Shown here in pieces: positions 1 to 8,395 of a stretch of 28,844 bases of DNA. Numbering within the stretch: the first letter of the stretch is position 1; every line of letters starts with the position of its first letter. This DNA is from Bacteriovoracia bacterium. Lineage in GTDB: Bacteria > Bdellovibrionota > Bacteriovoracia > Bacteriovoracales > Bacteriovoracaceae. Made by a program: the position numbers and the translations under genes. The notes beneath the pieces were generated by a model. The model was not told the DNA's origin, searched no databases, and saw only the letters and a program-made list of their open reading frames with translations. The stretch is taken from assembly GCA_046570105.1 (NCBI GenBank), contig JBKHVI010000038.1:1-28844 (forward strand), in the 5' to 3' direction.

Positions 1-18
1 CGTGTTAGCAGAGCTCTT

Positions 19-855
19 TTAGAAATCTACAGTACTATCGGTCGCAAGTTCAACTTGCACACTCCAGCAGCTTTTCGCTGGGTGAGTGGTCATTAAACCA
101 GTCGTCGCTTTGTAGTGAGTGTCTGTTTGTACGTTAAATACTGACAGCACATGACCTACAATATTTCCACCGAAATTTCTGCCTTGTAATTGACCTAAGC
201 TCCAATCGAGTACCGGAGAATAAGCATTCACAGATTGGTTAGTGATTTGTTTCACCGAATAAGCGCCACCAATAGAGTAGCTTCCGCCGTTGTTGTAAAC
301 ATCATGAACCGCCACACTATAAGTCACTTTGCTATAAGCACATGGCTGATTATTACAGTTATCTTGTGAAGCTGGACGAGTACGCTTGTGACAGACGTCG
401 CGATTGGTGGTGTCAGTAATTAATGGTTGAGGATTCACTTTCACTTTCACTTTATAGCGCGCATCCGAATCAAAGAAAGCGATGTTGCTTGGGCTGACTG
501 CGATGAAATCACCATCGTGTTCTGTGGCCGAATAATCAGATGGAATGTTACCCAAGAGCCATGTCTGGCCGCCCGCCTTAGTCGCAGTAAATGAAAGTAC
601 TGCTGCTGATGGACCACCGGTTGTTGTGCCTGCTGTAGAGCCCGCGGTTGAACCTGCGGTAGAGCCGGCAGTTGAACCTGCAGTCGAACCCGCGGTTGAT
701 CCGGAAGTTGAACCCGAGGTTGAGCCACCGGTGTTGTAATCAATATTATTATTTGTCGTGCTGCTGCTCGAGGATTTCTTCGAGGTCTTCTCTTGGCAGG
801 CGACTGCACTTAATAAAAGAGCAAGAAGGAGCCAGCGCGTGTGATGAAACTTCAT
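19..855 (-). CDS. Lipoprotein with Gly/Ser/Thr-rich repeat linker and Cys-containing C-terminal beta domain
   Basis: ATG at 855 (MKFHHTRWLLLALLLSAVAC) after AAGGTG RBS-like motif; lipobox AVAC; GSTA/GSTS repeats. Confidence 0.85.
   Translation of the reverse strand: MKFHHTRWLLLALLLSAVACQEKTSKKSSSSSTTNNNIDYNTGGSTSGSTSGSTAGSTAGSTAGSTAGSTAGSTAGTTTGGPSAAVLSFTATKAGGQTWLLGNIPSDYSATEHDGDFIAVSPSNIAFFDSDARYKVKVKVNPQPLITDTTNRDVCHKRTRPASQDNCNNQPCAYSKVTYSVAVHDVYNNGGSYSIGGAYSVKQITNQSVNAYSPVLDWSLGQLQGRNFGGNIVGHVLSVFNVQTDTHYKATTGLMTTHPAKSCWSVQVELATDSTVDF
631..726 (-). repeat. 8 x 12-bp in-frame tandem repeat encoding GST(A/S)
   Basis: Protein reads (GSTS)2(GSTA)6 then GTTT; units differ at synonymous positions. 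Confidence 0.9.
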
Positions 856-904
856 AAGTACACCTTTCAAAGTTCTTGGGGCCATAAGGTCTATCTTAGG
901 GGTC

Positions 905-931
905 TTATCGGAGAATAGTGGGGAAACTTGA
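905..931 (-). promoter_or_regulatory. FliA/sigma28-type promoter for the lipoprotein gene
   Basis: Minus strand TCAA-N15-TCCGATAA, about 50 nt upstream of the ATG; consensus TAAA-N15-GCCGATAA. Confidence 0.65.
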
Positions 932-995
932 CCTAAGGCTTGGAGTAAGCGGCTAAGTCATTGAAAAGCCTACTTTTTGGTGAAGAATTCCACCC

Positions 996-1025
996 TTTAC
1001 CTCCTCTCGCTCCCGTTGCTATCAT
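996..1025 (+). promoter_or_regulatory. sigma70-type promoter with extended -10, probably giving a leaderless transcript
   Basis: TTTACC-N18-TATCAT with TG at 1017-1018; in-frame GTG 7 nt downstream, no SD. Confidence 0.45.
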
Positions 1026-1032
1026 CTATCTT

Positions 1033-1521
1033 GTGTTAAAGAAGGATCTTTTCAATCTCATTCAACCCCTGCTGCCACGCTGCCACTCCCTGGCCATGTG
1101 TATGCTGCCCGACGATCTACAGGCCCAACAGCTTGTGATCGATTCCTTTACTCAATGCCTACTGAAAGAAAAACAAACGTGGCTTGAGCGCGAGTGGGAT
1201 GAAGACGACAAAAAAATGCAGATGGCCCTGCGTAAGCAGTTTTTGAAATCTCTTATGCGAGCGATCGTTGATCTGGGAACTCGTCGGGCCAATCAAGTAA
1301 CCGCGCCTTATGAAGGCCAAGAGTTCCGCCAGTTCTATAGTATGGATGCGCGTACTCGTGCGGTCGCCTGGTTGCGTTTTCAGCAAGGCCTGAGCTTGGA
1401 AGACATTGAACGCGCTCTCAGTATGAAGCGCCATGAAGTGATTGAGAAAGTTCACAACGCGCGCTTTTTGATGATGGGTCAACCACCACACTGGATGCCC
1501 AAGCAGGAGGCGTCGCTATGA
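1033..1521 (+). CDS. ECF-type sigma factor-like protein (region 4 HTH, divergent region 2)
   Basis: C-terminus RAVAWLRFQQGLSLEDIERALSMKRHEVIEKVHNARFLM fits sigma70 region 4.2; LAMCMLPDDLQAQQLVIDSF resembles ECF region 2; start GTG 1033 is inferred. Confidence 0.7.
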   Translation: MLKKDLFNLIQPLLPRCHSLAMCMLPDDLQAQQLVIDSFTQCLLKEKQTWLEREWDEDDKKMQMALRKQFLKSLMRAIVDLGTRRANQVTAPYEGQEFRQFYSMDARTRAVAWLRFQQGLSLEDIERALSMKRHEVIEKVHNARFLMMGQPPHWMPKQEASL

Positions 1522-1817
1522 TTGATCACGATCATTTCGCAAAAAAAATTCCCGCTTATTTTGATGGTACACTTCGTGATGGTGAGAAAACTGAGTTTGA
1601 GGCCTATGTCGGTGGCAATCCAGAATTTGCTCAGCTCTTTCGTCAGAAAGAAGTCGAACATCAAACGCTCAAAAAACGCATTCCTGATTTCATGCCCGAA
1701 GAAGATGCTTTGCAAACCATGTCGTCTGAAATTCGTGAAGCCATCACTCATCTTTTTAAAGACGAAGACGCCACACTTGGAAGCAAAGTGTTGGGTTGGT
1801 TTAAAGAGAAGCTCTAA
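1518..1817 (+). CDS. Small soluble anti-sigma-domain protein (zf-HC2-like, Zn ligands absent)
   Basis: ATGA overlap with the sigma gene; IPAYFDGTLRDGEKTEFEAYVGGNPEF matches the LxxYxDGELxxxExxxxExHLxxCxxC pattern but lacks H/C/C. Confidence 0.65.
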   Translation: MIDHDHFAKKIPAYFDGTLRDGEKTEFEAYVGGNPEFAQLFRQKEVEHQTLKKRIPDFMPEEDALQTMSSEIREAITHLFKDEDATLGSKVLGWFKEKL

Positions 1818-2695
1818 GTATTATTCACTGTGAAAGTATAGAAGACCACGAACTCGCCTTCCTTGTTGCGCAGAAGCTTAGGAGGGTTAGGGAGTCGATC
1901 CATTGATTTCAAAATGTCTTCGAACATGTTTTGGAGTTTATCGGCCTGAGTCCAGCGCACCATCTTGATCTGCTTGATGTTGCCATCAGAATCAAACGTC
2001 ACTCGACCGGTCATGGTGTGACGGCCTTCAGGCATGAGAGTGGGAAGAGAGTAGCGTTTTTCGTACTCACGCACCTGCAACACGATAGTGCTGAAGTATT
2101 TTTCCATCAGGCGTTTTTGAAAGCCATAGAACATCAATTCAAATTCATTTAGTTCATCGGCAGCGACACCTTCGGGCACTTCCACCTGCATATTCATCAG
2201 AGATTTTGTGAGAGTGGGAGAGCCACCCAGTGCAGCAGCACCGCCACCTTGGTGCGAGCGTTCAGCGACTTTTTGCACCGGTTCTGCACGCAGACTTAAT
2301 TGTTCGAGTGCTTGCGCGCGAGGACTGGGACGATAGGGATTCGGCGTTGGAATGGTTTTCGCTACTTTCTTTATTTGCTCTTTCTGAGGTTTTTTTTCTG
2401 GCGCAGGTTTGGCCGGCTTGTTCATGTTGGCAGCCGCTTCAAACGGATCTTGCTTGGCTTCTTCGCGATGATTCTTTGTGACTAAAACTTTGTCTTTGAT
2501 TTTGGAATTCTTATCACCGAGTGTACGAATTTCTTTAATTTGAAAGGTGCGCTGCTTTTCTTCCAGATTGAATTTTGGCAGAGGTGGAAGCCAGCCGAGT
2601 TGGAAAAAAAGCACAGACAAATGCATCACCAGCATGAGGAGCGCTAGTGCGGCCAGAGGTACGTTGATGGTGACTGTTACACGTTGATCGTGCAG
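1814..2695 (-). CDS. TonB/TolA C-terminal-domain membrane-anchored protein
   Basis: N-terminal hydrophobic anchor VPLAALALLMLVMHLSVLFF, Pro/Lys-rich linker, C-terminal VTFDSDGNIKQIKM...RLPNPP; start is CTG 2695 or ATG 2635. Confidence 0.7.
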   Translation of the reverse strand: MHDQRVTVTINVPLAALALLMLVMHLSVLFFQLGWLPPLPKFNLEEKQRTFQIKEIRTLGDKNSKIKDKVLVTKNHREEAKQDPFEAAANMNKPAKPAPEKKPQKEQIKKVAKTIPTPNPYRPSPRAQALEQLSLRAEPVQKVAERSHQGGGAAALGGSPTLTKSLMNMQVEVPEGVAADELNEFELMFYGFQKRLMEKYFSTIVLQVREYEKRYSLPTLMPEGRHTMTGRVTFDSDGNIKQIKMVRWTQADKLQNMFEDILKSMDRLPNPPKLLRNKEGEFVVFYTFTVNNT

Positions 2696-2899
2696 GAATC
2701 CCCCTTGTCAGAGGGACACTACCAATAATTTGCCAAATTGGACAATCGGCAGAGTCAGAATCTAGGCTTAAGTGCCTAATATGACAGGTAGGCGAGTAAG
2801 AAAGACAGGCTTTGCCGATCTTGACTCTCAAGAAACTTGATTGAGAGAATAGAGGGGCCCCTGGATGGGGGTGTAAACGATGATAAGGATGTTATCTCT

Positions 2900-4240
2900 A
2901 TGAAAAAATTAAACCATTTGGGCCTCGAAAAAATCCTTCTTTTCTGCGGGTTTACCTTCGCATTAACGCTGGTTGGATTTTGGCAATTTCAGCATCACGC
3001 TAGTGAAGCAGAAAAGTTAGCGCGAGTTCAAAGTGGCGTAGGGACTTGTTTCGCACGAGTCACTCAATCTTTCACAGCTGCCATGATCAAAGAGTTCACA
3101 TCGCCTTATTTGAAGCGCGATTTTATGGCGATGTCGGATGATTGTTTACGTGAAGGCACAAAAACGGCCGGTATTAAGTTGGAAGCTTTCTCAAAGGCCA
3201 ACAAAGTTTTCAATGAGCTCGTTTCGGAAGTTTATTGGTTTCATGAAAAAGTGGTGAAGGTTTTGGCGATCACAGCAGGTAATGCCAACGCTCAAGTTCC
3301 AATGCAAGCGATCACCGAGAAATACACCAAAGTCGAAGGATTGAAGCTTGATCTGCAAGATCAGCTCGATCTCATTAGCTCACAGTTTCGTGAAGCTCGT
3401 TTGCGTGATGAGATTTTAGTCGGCTCGGCGTTTTTCTTTTTTATCATCTCACTGAGCATTTTAGGTCTTCGCGAAGTTTCAAGCCTTCGTCAAAAACGCT
3501 GGATTGAAAATCAGGCCCTCTCATTACTAAATACCGGTCACTCACAAACGGGTGGCATGGTTGATCAGTTAGTACAAAAAGCTCTCAATGGTCAGGGTAT
3601 GTTTGTGACGGCGCAAGTTTTCACTGACTATCACTCGGGAGTGCTCGAGCGCATGGCGATTCGCACTTCGGCGCCTCTTTTCGAAGAGAGAGTTGAAGCG
3701 GCGACTCCCATCGTAGAAGAAGTGACTGAAGTCGCCACACCTCCGATTCAAGCAGAAGCTGAAGCAGAAATCGATGCCCGTAAACTGCTTACTGCTCAAG
3801 CGGTTCGTTTGAAGGCTTCGATGGAAGTGCAAGAAGCAACGATTGTCGCCGATGCGGAAGTTGTCGCTCAGCTCATGCAGGCCTTCGGTCAACGTTTTGC
3901 TTCAGGCAAAGTGAATCTGACTGGCAAGCGCGAAGGTGAGCGTTATGTCGTTTGCGTAGAAGCCAGTGATGTCTGTTTACGTGCTTCAGAGCTTGAATAT
4001 ATTCACGGCAAAACTCATCAAATGGATGGCGTAGACGTGAACGTTATTATCGCCATGGATATTATCCGTGAGGCCAATGTGGATGCAGTCATTCGCAATC
4101 GCATGAATGCCGAGGGAGTGATCATTGGTGCCGAAGCTGTCTTGAGCTTTGCCACTAACTCAAATCGCACTCTGGTCAATGTGGTTCGCGGCAAGAAGAA
4201 AGATCTTGCTCGCACACTAGGGCCGTCGCAGTTTAATTAA
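2900..4240 (+). CDS. Two-TM sensor-like membrane protein with degenerate HATPase-like C-terminal domain (probable pseudo-histidine kinase)
   Basis: ATG 2900 after AAGGA; TM1 ILLFCGFTFALTLVGFW, helical periplasmic region, TM2 ILVGSAFFFFIISLSILG; C-terminal pattern follows HATPase_c but N/G boxes are substituted. Confidence 0.6.
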   Translation: MKKLNHLGLEKILLFCGFTFALTLVGFWQFQHHASEAEKLARVQSGVGTCFARVTQSFTAAMIKEFTSPYLKRDFMAMSDDCLREGTKTAGIKLEAFSKANKVFNELVSEVYWFHEKVVKVLAITAGNANAQVPMQAITEKYTKVEGLKLDLQDQLDLISSQFREARLRDEILVGSAFFFFIISLSILGLREVSSLRQKRWIENQALSLLNTGHSQTGGMVDQLVQKALNGQGMFVTAQVFTDYHSGVLERMAIRTSAPLFEERVEAATPIVEEVTEVATPPIQAEAEAEIDARKLLTAQAVRLKASMEVQEATIVADAEVVAQLMQAFGQRFASGKVNLTGKREGERYVVCVEASDVCLRASELEYIHGKTHQMDGVDVNVIIAMDIIREANVDAVIRNRMNAEGVIIGAEAVLSFATNSNRTLVNVVRGKKKDLARTLGPSQFN

Positions 4241-4243
4241 TTT

Positions 4244-4414
4244 TTTCATTTTCCAACTAGCAAGTCTCATCCTGGGGAAGGTACTGATTTAGAAATCAGT
4301 CTTTTTCCAGGATGAACGACTTATATTCATTAGAAAGCTTATAGCGTCCTCTATCAATCTTAGAATAGAAGTAGGGTTATTTTCGGACTTTACTTGCTAG
4401 TTGGAAAAATGAAA
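4244..4414 (+). ncRNA. Structured element copy 1 (unrecognised family; closing stem plus two hairpins)
   Basis: 17-bp perfect inverted repeat 4249-4265/4392-4408; core 4264-4393 shares five motif blocks with 14839-14973 (reverse strand) with compensatory changes; G.U pairs favour + strand. Confidence 0.75.
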
Positions 4415-4419
4415 TGAAA

Positions 4420-4860
4420 TTAAGGAAACTGCAAATGAAAGGTCACGGGCCCGTCGTTGACGAGTTCGACTTTCATCTCGGCACCGAAGCGGCCTTCTTG
4501 GACGGGAAGGTCGAGGGCGCGTAGGAGTTTGTTGAATTCGGCCCACATGAGACGTGCTTCTCCAGGATGAAGAGAGCGCTCGAAGCTAGGTCTGTGGCCG
4601 CCAGTGCCTTCCCAACTCAAAGTGAACTGACTTACGGAGAGAATTTCGCCTTGGATTTGCGAGATATTCAGATTCATTTTTCCTTCAGCATCACTGAAGC
4701 AGCGTAATTTTGAGATGCGCTCGACAGCGCGGGGGAGAATGTCGCGATGATCACCTTGCTCGAAACATACAAAGAGTAAGAGGCCTTTACCGATTTGTCC
4801 GGTGACTTCTTCATCAACTACCACACGGGCCGAGTCCACCCGCTGGAGAACCACCTTCAC
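4420..4860 (-). CDS. dtd: D-aminoacyl-tRNA deacylase
   Basis: MKVVLQRV start, SQFTL and NDGPVT (Gly-cisPro) motifs; GTG start overlaps the upstream TGA. Confidence 0.97.
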   Translation of the reverse strand: MKVVLQRVDSARVVVDEEVTGQIGKGLLLFVCFEQGDHRDILPRAVERISKLRCFSDAEGKMNLNISQIQGEILSVSQFTLSWEGTGGHRPSFERSLHPGEARLMWAEFNKLLRALDLPVQEGRFGAEMKVELVNDGPVTFHLQFP

Positions 4861-7703
4861 TTGATCTCTCCCATCAGTTGAGTGCGGAAACTCTCTTCTA
4901 GGAATGAGCGTGTGTTGGTGAGAAGCGTGGCAAATACTTGTTGCTGAGCACGTGCTTCTTGCACGAGTGAGCGCACATCACTGAGGCTTGGCAGACGAAG
5001 TGCTTTGAGGACGAGACCGACGGGACGGCCTTTAGTCATATTCAAGATAAACTGAGCTAGGAGCAAGAGCTCTTCGTCAGAGTGTAGTCGGACAACAGGA
5101 CGAGATTCATTAAAGATTTCAATAAACCAAGTTTTGAGATCGCCTTCGACTTGGCCACGTAACTCGATACGAGTGACTGGTTTCTCTAAATCACCTTCTT
5201 CGATTCCTGGAACGAAATCGACATAGATATCAGGATGACCTGGCTTAACGAGTGGGTAGGCTTTTAGCGTCGCCAGACCTGCTTGTAGTGCAGGGTTCTC
5301 GAAATTAATTTTTTGGGCCAAGCGAGTATCGGCCAGCTCTGTTGTGAGCGTCTGCAACGTTTGCTCAAATCCGGCAATTGAGCTTAGTACGTCACAAGCA
5401 TAGCGCGGGAAAATTCCGTTAGAAGACTGACGGAAATGCGTCCAACGCTGATTAAGTTCTTCAGGATGAGTGGCCGTGAGTTTGTTGCTGTCCCAGCGGA
5501 ACATTTCAAGAGTGGTCTGGAGATTCTCGGGCAAGAAATCACCACGGGCAAACCATTTTGGAACAAGCATCTTAGCGAGTTGGCCTTTAACTTTCGTAAC
5601 CGCACCGTTAAAAGTGAGGTTAATAATTTGGCGGCCCACCTGTGACTCAAAATATTTACGAAGAACGTTGGGATCCATACCTTGGTGGCGTGGAGCGATG
5701 ATGAAGTATTGGCACAGCGATGAGCCATTTTCAAAATAGACGGCGCGGAAAGTGCTCACGGGGTGAAGACTTAAGCGTGTTTCTTCGTTTGAGCGGAAAT
5801 TCACCATGAGGAAGGTGGCGCCTTCGCGGCGAAGACCTAGCCCCATGTGAGTGGGAGAGTTCCACTCTTCAGGATCCATTGGACGAATTTCAAAGACAGT
5901 ATCCAAAGGCACGCTAGATGAAAGCAGCGCTTTGAAAAAACGTGGGTGAGTGACGCGCGACTGGTCTTCGTTTGTTGAATGAATCAAATGACCATTCATG
6001 ATGGCGTCTTGGAAGAATTCTAAGCGGAAGCCTTGGCCCCAGTCTTGTTGCCAAAGAGTCGGAGTTTCTTCCAAGTGAGAAAGATAGAAGCCGCGCAAGA
6101 GCTCGGTTATGTCTGAGAAATCTTGGAAGCTTTGCATATCTGCGGTAAAGCGGAACCAAGAGACAGATTCACGGGCCTCTGTGGGAGGAGTCAGGCGTTT
6201 TCTGAAAATATAGAGCCAATTGCCCATTTCGCCTTTGCCCTTCACACCTTCCATGTCGAAGACGGCCTTCAATTCGAGATTTTGCAATACACCTTCCAGG
6301 CGTTCGCGCTGGCTGGGAGCAAAAAGGCTCTTTGATGCCAGCACAAACATCCAACCACCATTTTTTAGTGTTGAAGTTTGTTCATCAAGTTGCGCCATCA
6401 TCCAGTGATAAGGATTGTTTTTTGGCAAATGCGTGAGGTTAACGATTGAGCGATCGTAAGTCGATGTTGAGAATGGAGTCTCTAGCGTTCCTAGCCGAGC
6501 AGGGTTAGCGCCTTTGCGGTTTTGGTAATGGCAGCCCATGACTTTGCTAATGAAGGCGACGGGTTCTTGTTGTTGATAAGGAGAGATCTCTGCCAAGAAT
6601 GTGATGAATTGCAGTTCATTGAGCATCTTGAGGAAGAGGCCTGAATCAAATTCTTTGCCTTTGAAATCAGGGCAGAGGACTTGGTCCCACTTGAGTTCTT
6701 TGTTGTTGTGTTGCGCGAGCCAGTGAGAGAGCGCCAGTGACTCCATGTAGTCACCACTGTATTTACAGCTGATGATTTCCAGGTCGTCAGGAGTGAGGAA
6801 CTTCTGAGTGGCGTTTGTCTCTTTACTTTCAACCCAGAGAGGGAAGTTGATCATCAGTGAATTAAGGAAGAGGCCAAAATTCAAATGGGAGAGGGCGTGT
6901 GAATAAATGCGATTAGCGTTTTCTTCTTGAACACGCGGTGAAGTGAGTTTGACGAGTTCCGCGATCGAAATATCACCAGCGTTACTCATCCATTCAGACA
7001 TCTGAGTTGAGAACTCTTCACCTGGGCGATACCAGCTAAAAATATTTGATTCCATCACGCGTGCTTTCAATTCAAAGCGCGTGCCTGAACGGAAAACTTG
7101 CGAGAGCCAGTGATTAGGGTTGTGAGCTGAGCGGCAGCCGGCCTCGAGATGAGCTTCGCGAGCCAGCACTTTAATAAAACGCAGCTTGAAGAGTGTGATA
7201 ACTGCCACACGAGAAGCGAAAATTTCCAAGAAGCGCGTGAGTGTTGCTGGACGCTCAGAGGCTTCAGCGCGCACACACTGCCAAAAACGAGAAAGATCAT
7301 CGAATTCCGTGCAATGCAGATTCTGATTATTCGCATAGGCGAGAAATTCGTTATAGATACCGAGTTTCAATGAGCGGTTAAACTCCTGCGTACTCATCAA
7401 GCGAATGACATCGTTCTTTAAGGTATCAACTAAGCGAATATAGCGACTGGATGTTTTTGAAGGCAGCGATTCACCACGCCAACCTTGTGTGAGAAAGCGA
7501 GCTGGCTGGAAACCTTGGCTCACTTCTTGGCTCACGGGCATTTTTATCGCGCGATGACTGTTGAACGTCGGAAATTTATTTTTGGTTTGTGCGGGCAGCG
7601 GACACACCTCGACACCGTTGGTTCGAGTGGGTGTACCCCAGTCCTGAACTACATCAATGTCCTTTGAAAGCCATTGGCCGACAAAGAAAGGTTTATTACT
7701 CAA
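4857..7703 (-). CDS. 948-aa protein with degenerate N6-adenine DNA methyltransferase-like (type IIG/HsdM-like) central fold
   Basis: VLCPDFKGKEFDSGLFL at motif I position; YDRSIVN...NNPY; LKNGGWMFVLASKSLF...RERL...LKAVFDM...LYIFRK follows the motif VI-VIII pattern; no canonical DPACGSG or NPPY. Confidence 0.55.
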   Translation of the reverse strand: MSNKPFFVGQWLSKDIDVVQDWGTPTRTNGVEVCPLPAQTKNKFPTFNSHRAIKMPVSQEVSQGFQPARFLTQGWRGESLPSKTSSRYIRLVDTLKNDVIRLMSTQEFNRSLKLGIYNEFLAYANNQNLHCTEFDDLSRFWQCVRAEASERPATLTRFLEIFASRVAVITLFKLRFIKVLAREAHLEAGCRSAHNPNHWLSQVFRSGTRFELKARVMESNIFSWYRPGEEFSTQMSEWMSNAGDISIAELVKLTSPRVQEENANRIYSHALSHLNFGLFLNSLMINFPLWVESKETNATQKFLTPDDLEIISCKYSGDYMESLALSHWLAQHNNKELKWDQVLCPDFKGKEFDSGLFLKMLNELQFITFLAEISPYQQQEPVAFISKVMGCHYQNRKGANPARLGTLETPFSTSTYDRSIVNLTHLPKNNPYHWMMAQLDEQTSTLKNGGWMFVLASKSLFAPSQRERLEGVLQNLELKAVFDMEGVKGKGEMGNWLYIFRKRLTPPTEARESVSWFRFTADMQSFQDFSDITELLRGFYLSHLEETPTLWQQDWGQGFRLEFFQDAIMNGHLIHSTNEDQSRVTHPRFFKALLSSSVPLDTVFEIRPMDPEEWNSPTHMGLGLRREGATFLMVNFRSNEETRLSLHPVSTFRAVYFENGSSLCQYFIIAPRHQGMDPNVLRKYFESQVGRQIINLTFNGAVTKVKGQLAKMLVPKWFARGDFLPENLQTTLEMFRWDSNKLTATHPEELNQRWTHFRQSSNGIFPRYACDVLSSIAGFEQTLQTLTTELADTRLAQKINFENPALQAGLATLKAYPLVKPGHPDIYVDFVPGIEEGDLEKPVTRIELRGQVEGDLKTWFIEIFNESRPVVRLHSDEELLLLAQFILNMTKGRPVGLVLKALRLPSLSDVRSLVQEARAQQQVFATLLTNTRSFLEESFRTQLMGEIK

Positions 7704-7843
7704 AGGTGGAACCTCTGCTTATACAAAAAGTCTTAACTCAAAAAAAATCATTGAATTTCAATATTTTAGGTGAGGTGTATTAGAACTGGAGCGATTTTCT
7801 TTGTCATGAAAAAAAATCTCTCATTTCCTGATTTTAGGCCGGC

Positions 7844-7871
7844 TAAAGGTTTGAAGTTGCGAGACCGATAA
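7844..7871 (+). promoter_or_regulatory. FliA/sigma28-like promoter
   Basis: TAAA-N16-ACCGATAA, about 65 nt upstream of ATG 7937; spacer is one nt longer than consensus. Confidence 0.5.
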
Positions 7872-7936
7872 GCCAGATCAGATGTAAGGGTCTTCCCTTA
7901 AACAAGATATTTTTGCGTCAAACGCAGGAGTTTGGG

Positions 7937-8395
7937 ATGGAAAAAGGTTTTAACGATCAAGAGCTAGCAGACATCATGAGCGAGATCGAAAATCTCGAGA
8001 AAGAGTTTGCTGATGAACCCGAGGTGGCAAAAGCCGCTCCTGAGGCATCACATCAAGAAGAAGCCGAAGAGATCGATCACACAGATCCAGAAGTTTTGCG
8101 TGAGTTGGCGCATAAGCCCATCGAAGAATCTGTTCCTACCAAAGTTCATCATCACGAAGAAAAGGTCGTTCATATGAGCAAGCCAGCTGCAGAAAAAAAA
8201 CATTCTGATGCACCAGCGCCGGTTAAATTAAATTTTCAAGTGGCCGGTCAAATGAACCTGCTTCTAGGTTTTGAAGTGAATGGTCAAAGCTTGTCGCTCT
8301 CTGTTTCTGAAGAGGCTTTTGTTATTGAGATGGAGTCCGGCGCGACTTTCTCACTCCCACTCGCATCTTCGAAAGCAGCTAAGAAAGCGGCCTAA
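7937..8395 (+). CDS. Hypothetical acidic protein (N-terminal helix, disordered linker, small C-terminal beta domain)
   Basis: AGGAG RBS at 7926, ATG 7937; stop overlaps the rsmD start (TAATG). Confidence 0.8.
   Translation: MEKGFNDQELADIMSEIENLEKEFADEPEVAKAAPEASHQEEAEEIDHTDPEVLRELAHKPIEESVPTKVHHHEEKVVHMSKPAAEKKHSDAPAPVKLNFQVAGQMNLLLGFEVNGQSLSLSVSEEAFVIEMESGATFSLPLASSKAAKKAA

Noticed and set aside
631..726. CRISPR array
   Set aside because: 12-bp in-frame coding repeat without spacers; no cas genes.
4244..4414. Element as 6S RNA, c-di-GMP-I riboswitch, hammerhead or retron msr-msd
   Set aside because: It is branched rather than a 6S rod. GRCGC..AGC and TCTAA on the opposite strand only loosely echo GEMM, with wrong spacing and a 3' location. 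There is no CUGANGA/GAAA hammerhead core and no reverse transcriptase in the window. Formal exclusion needs cmscan.
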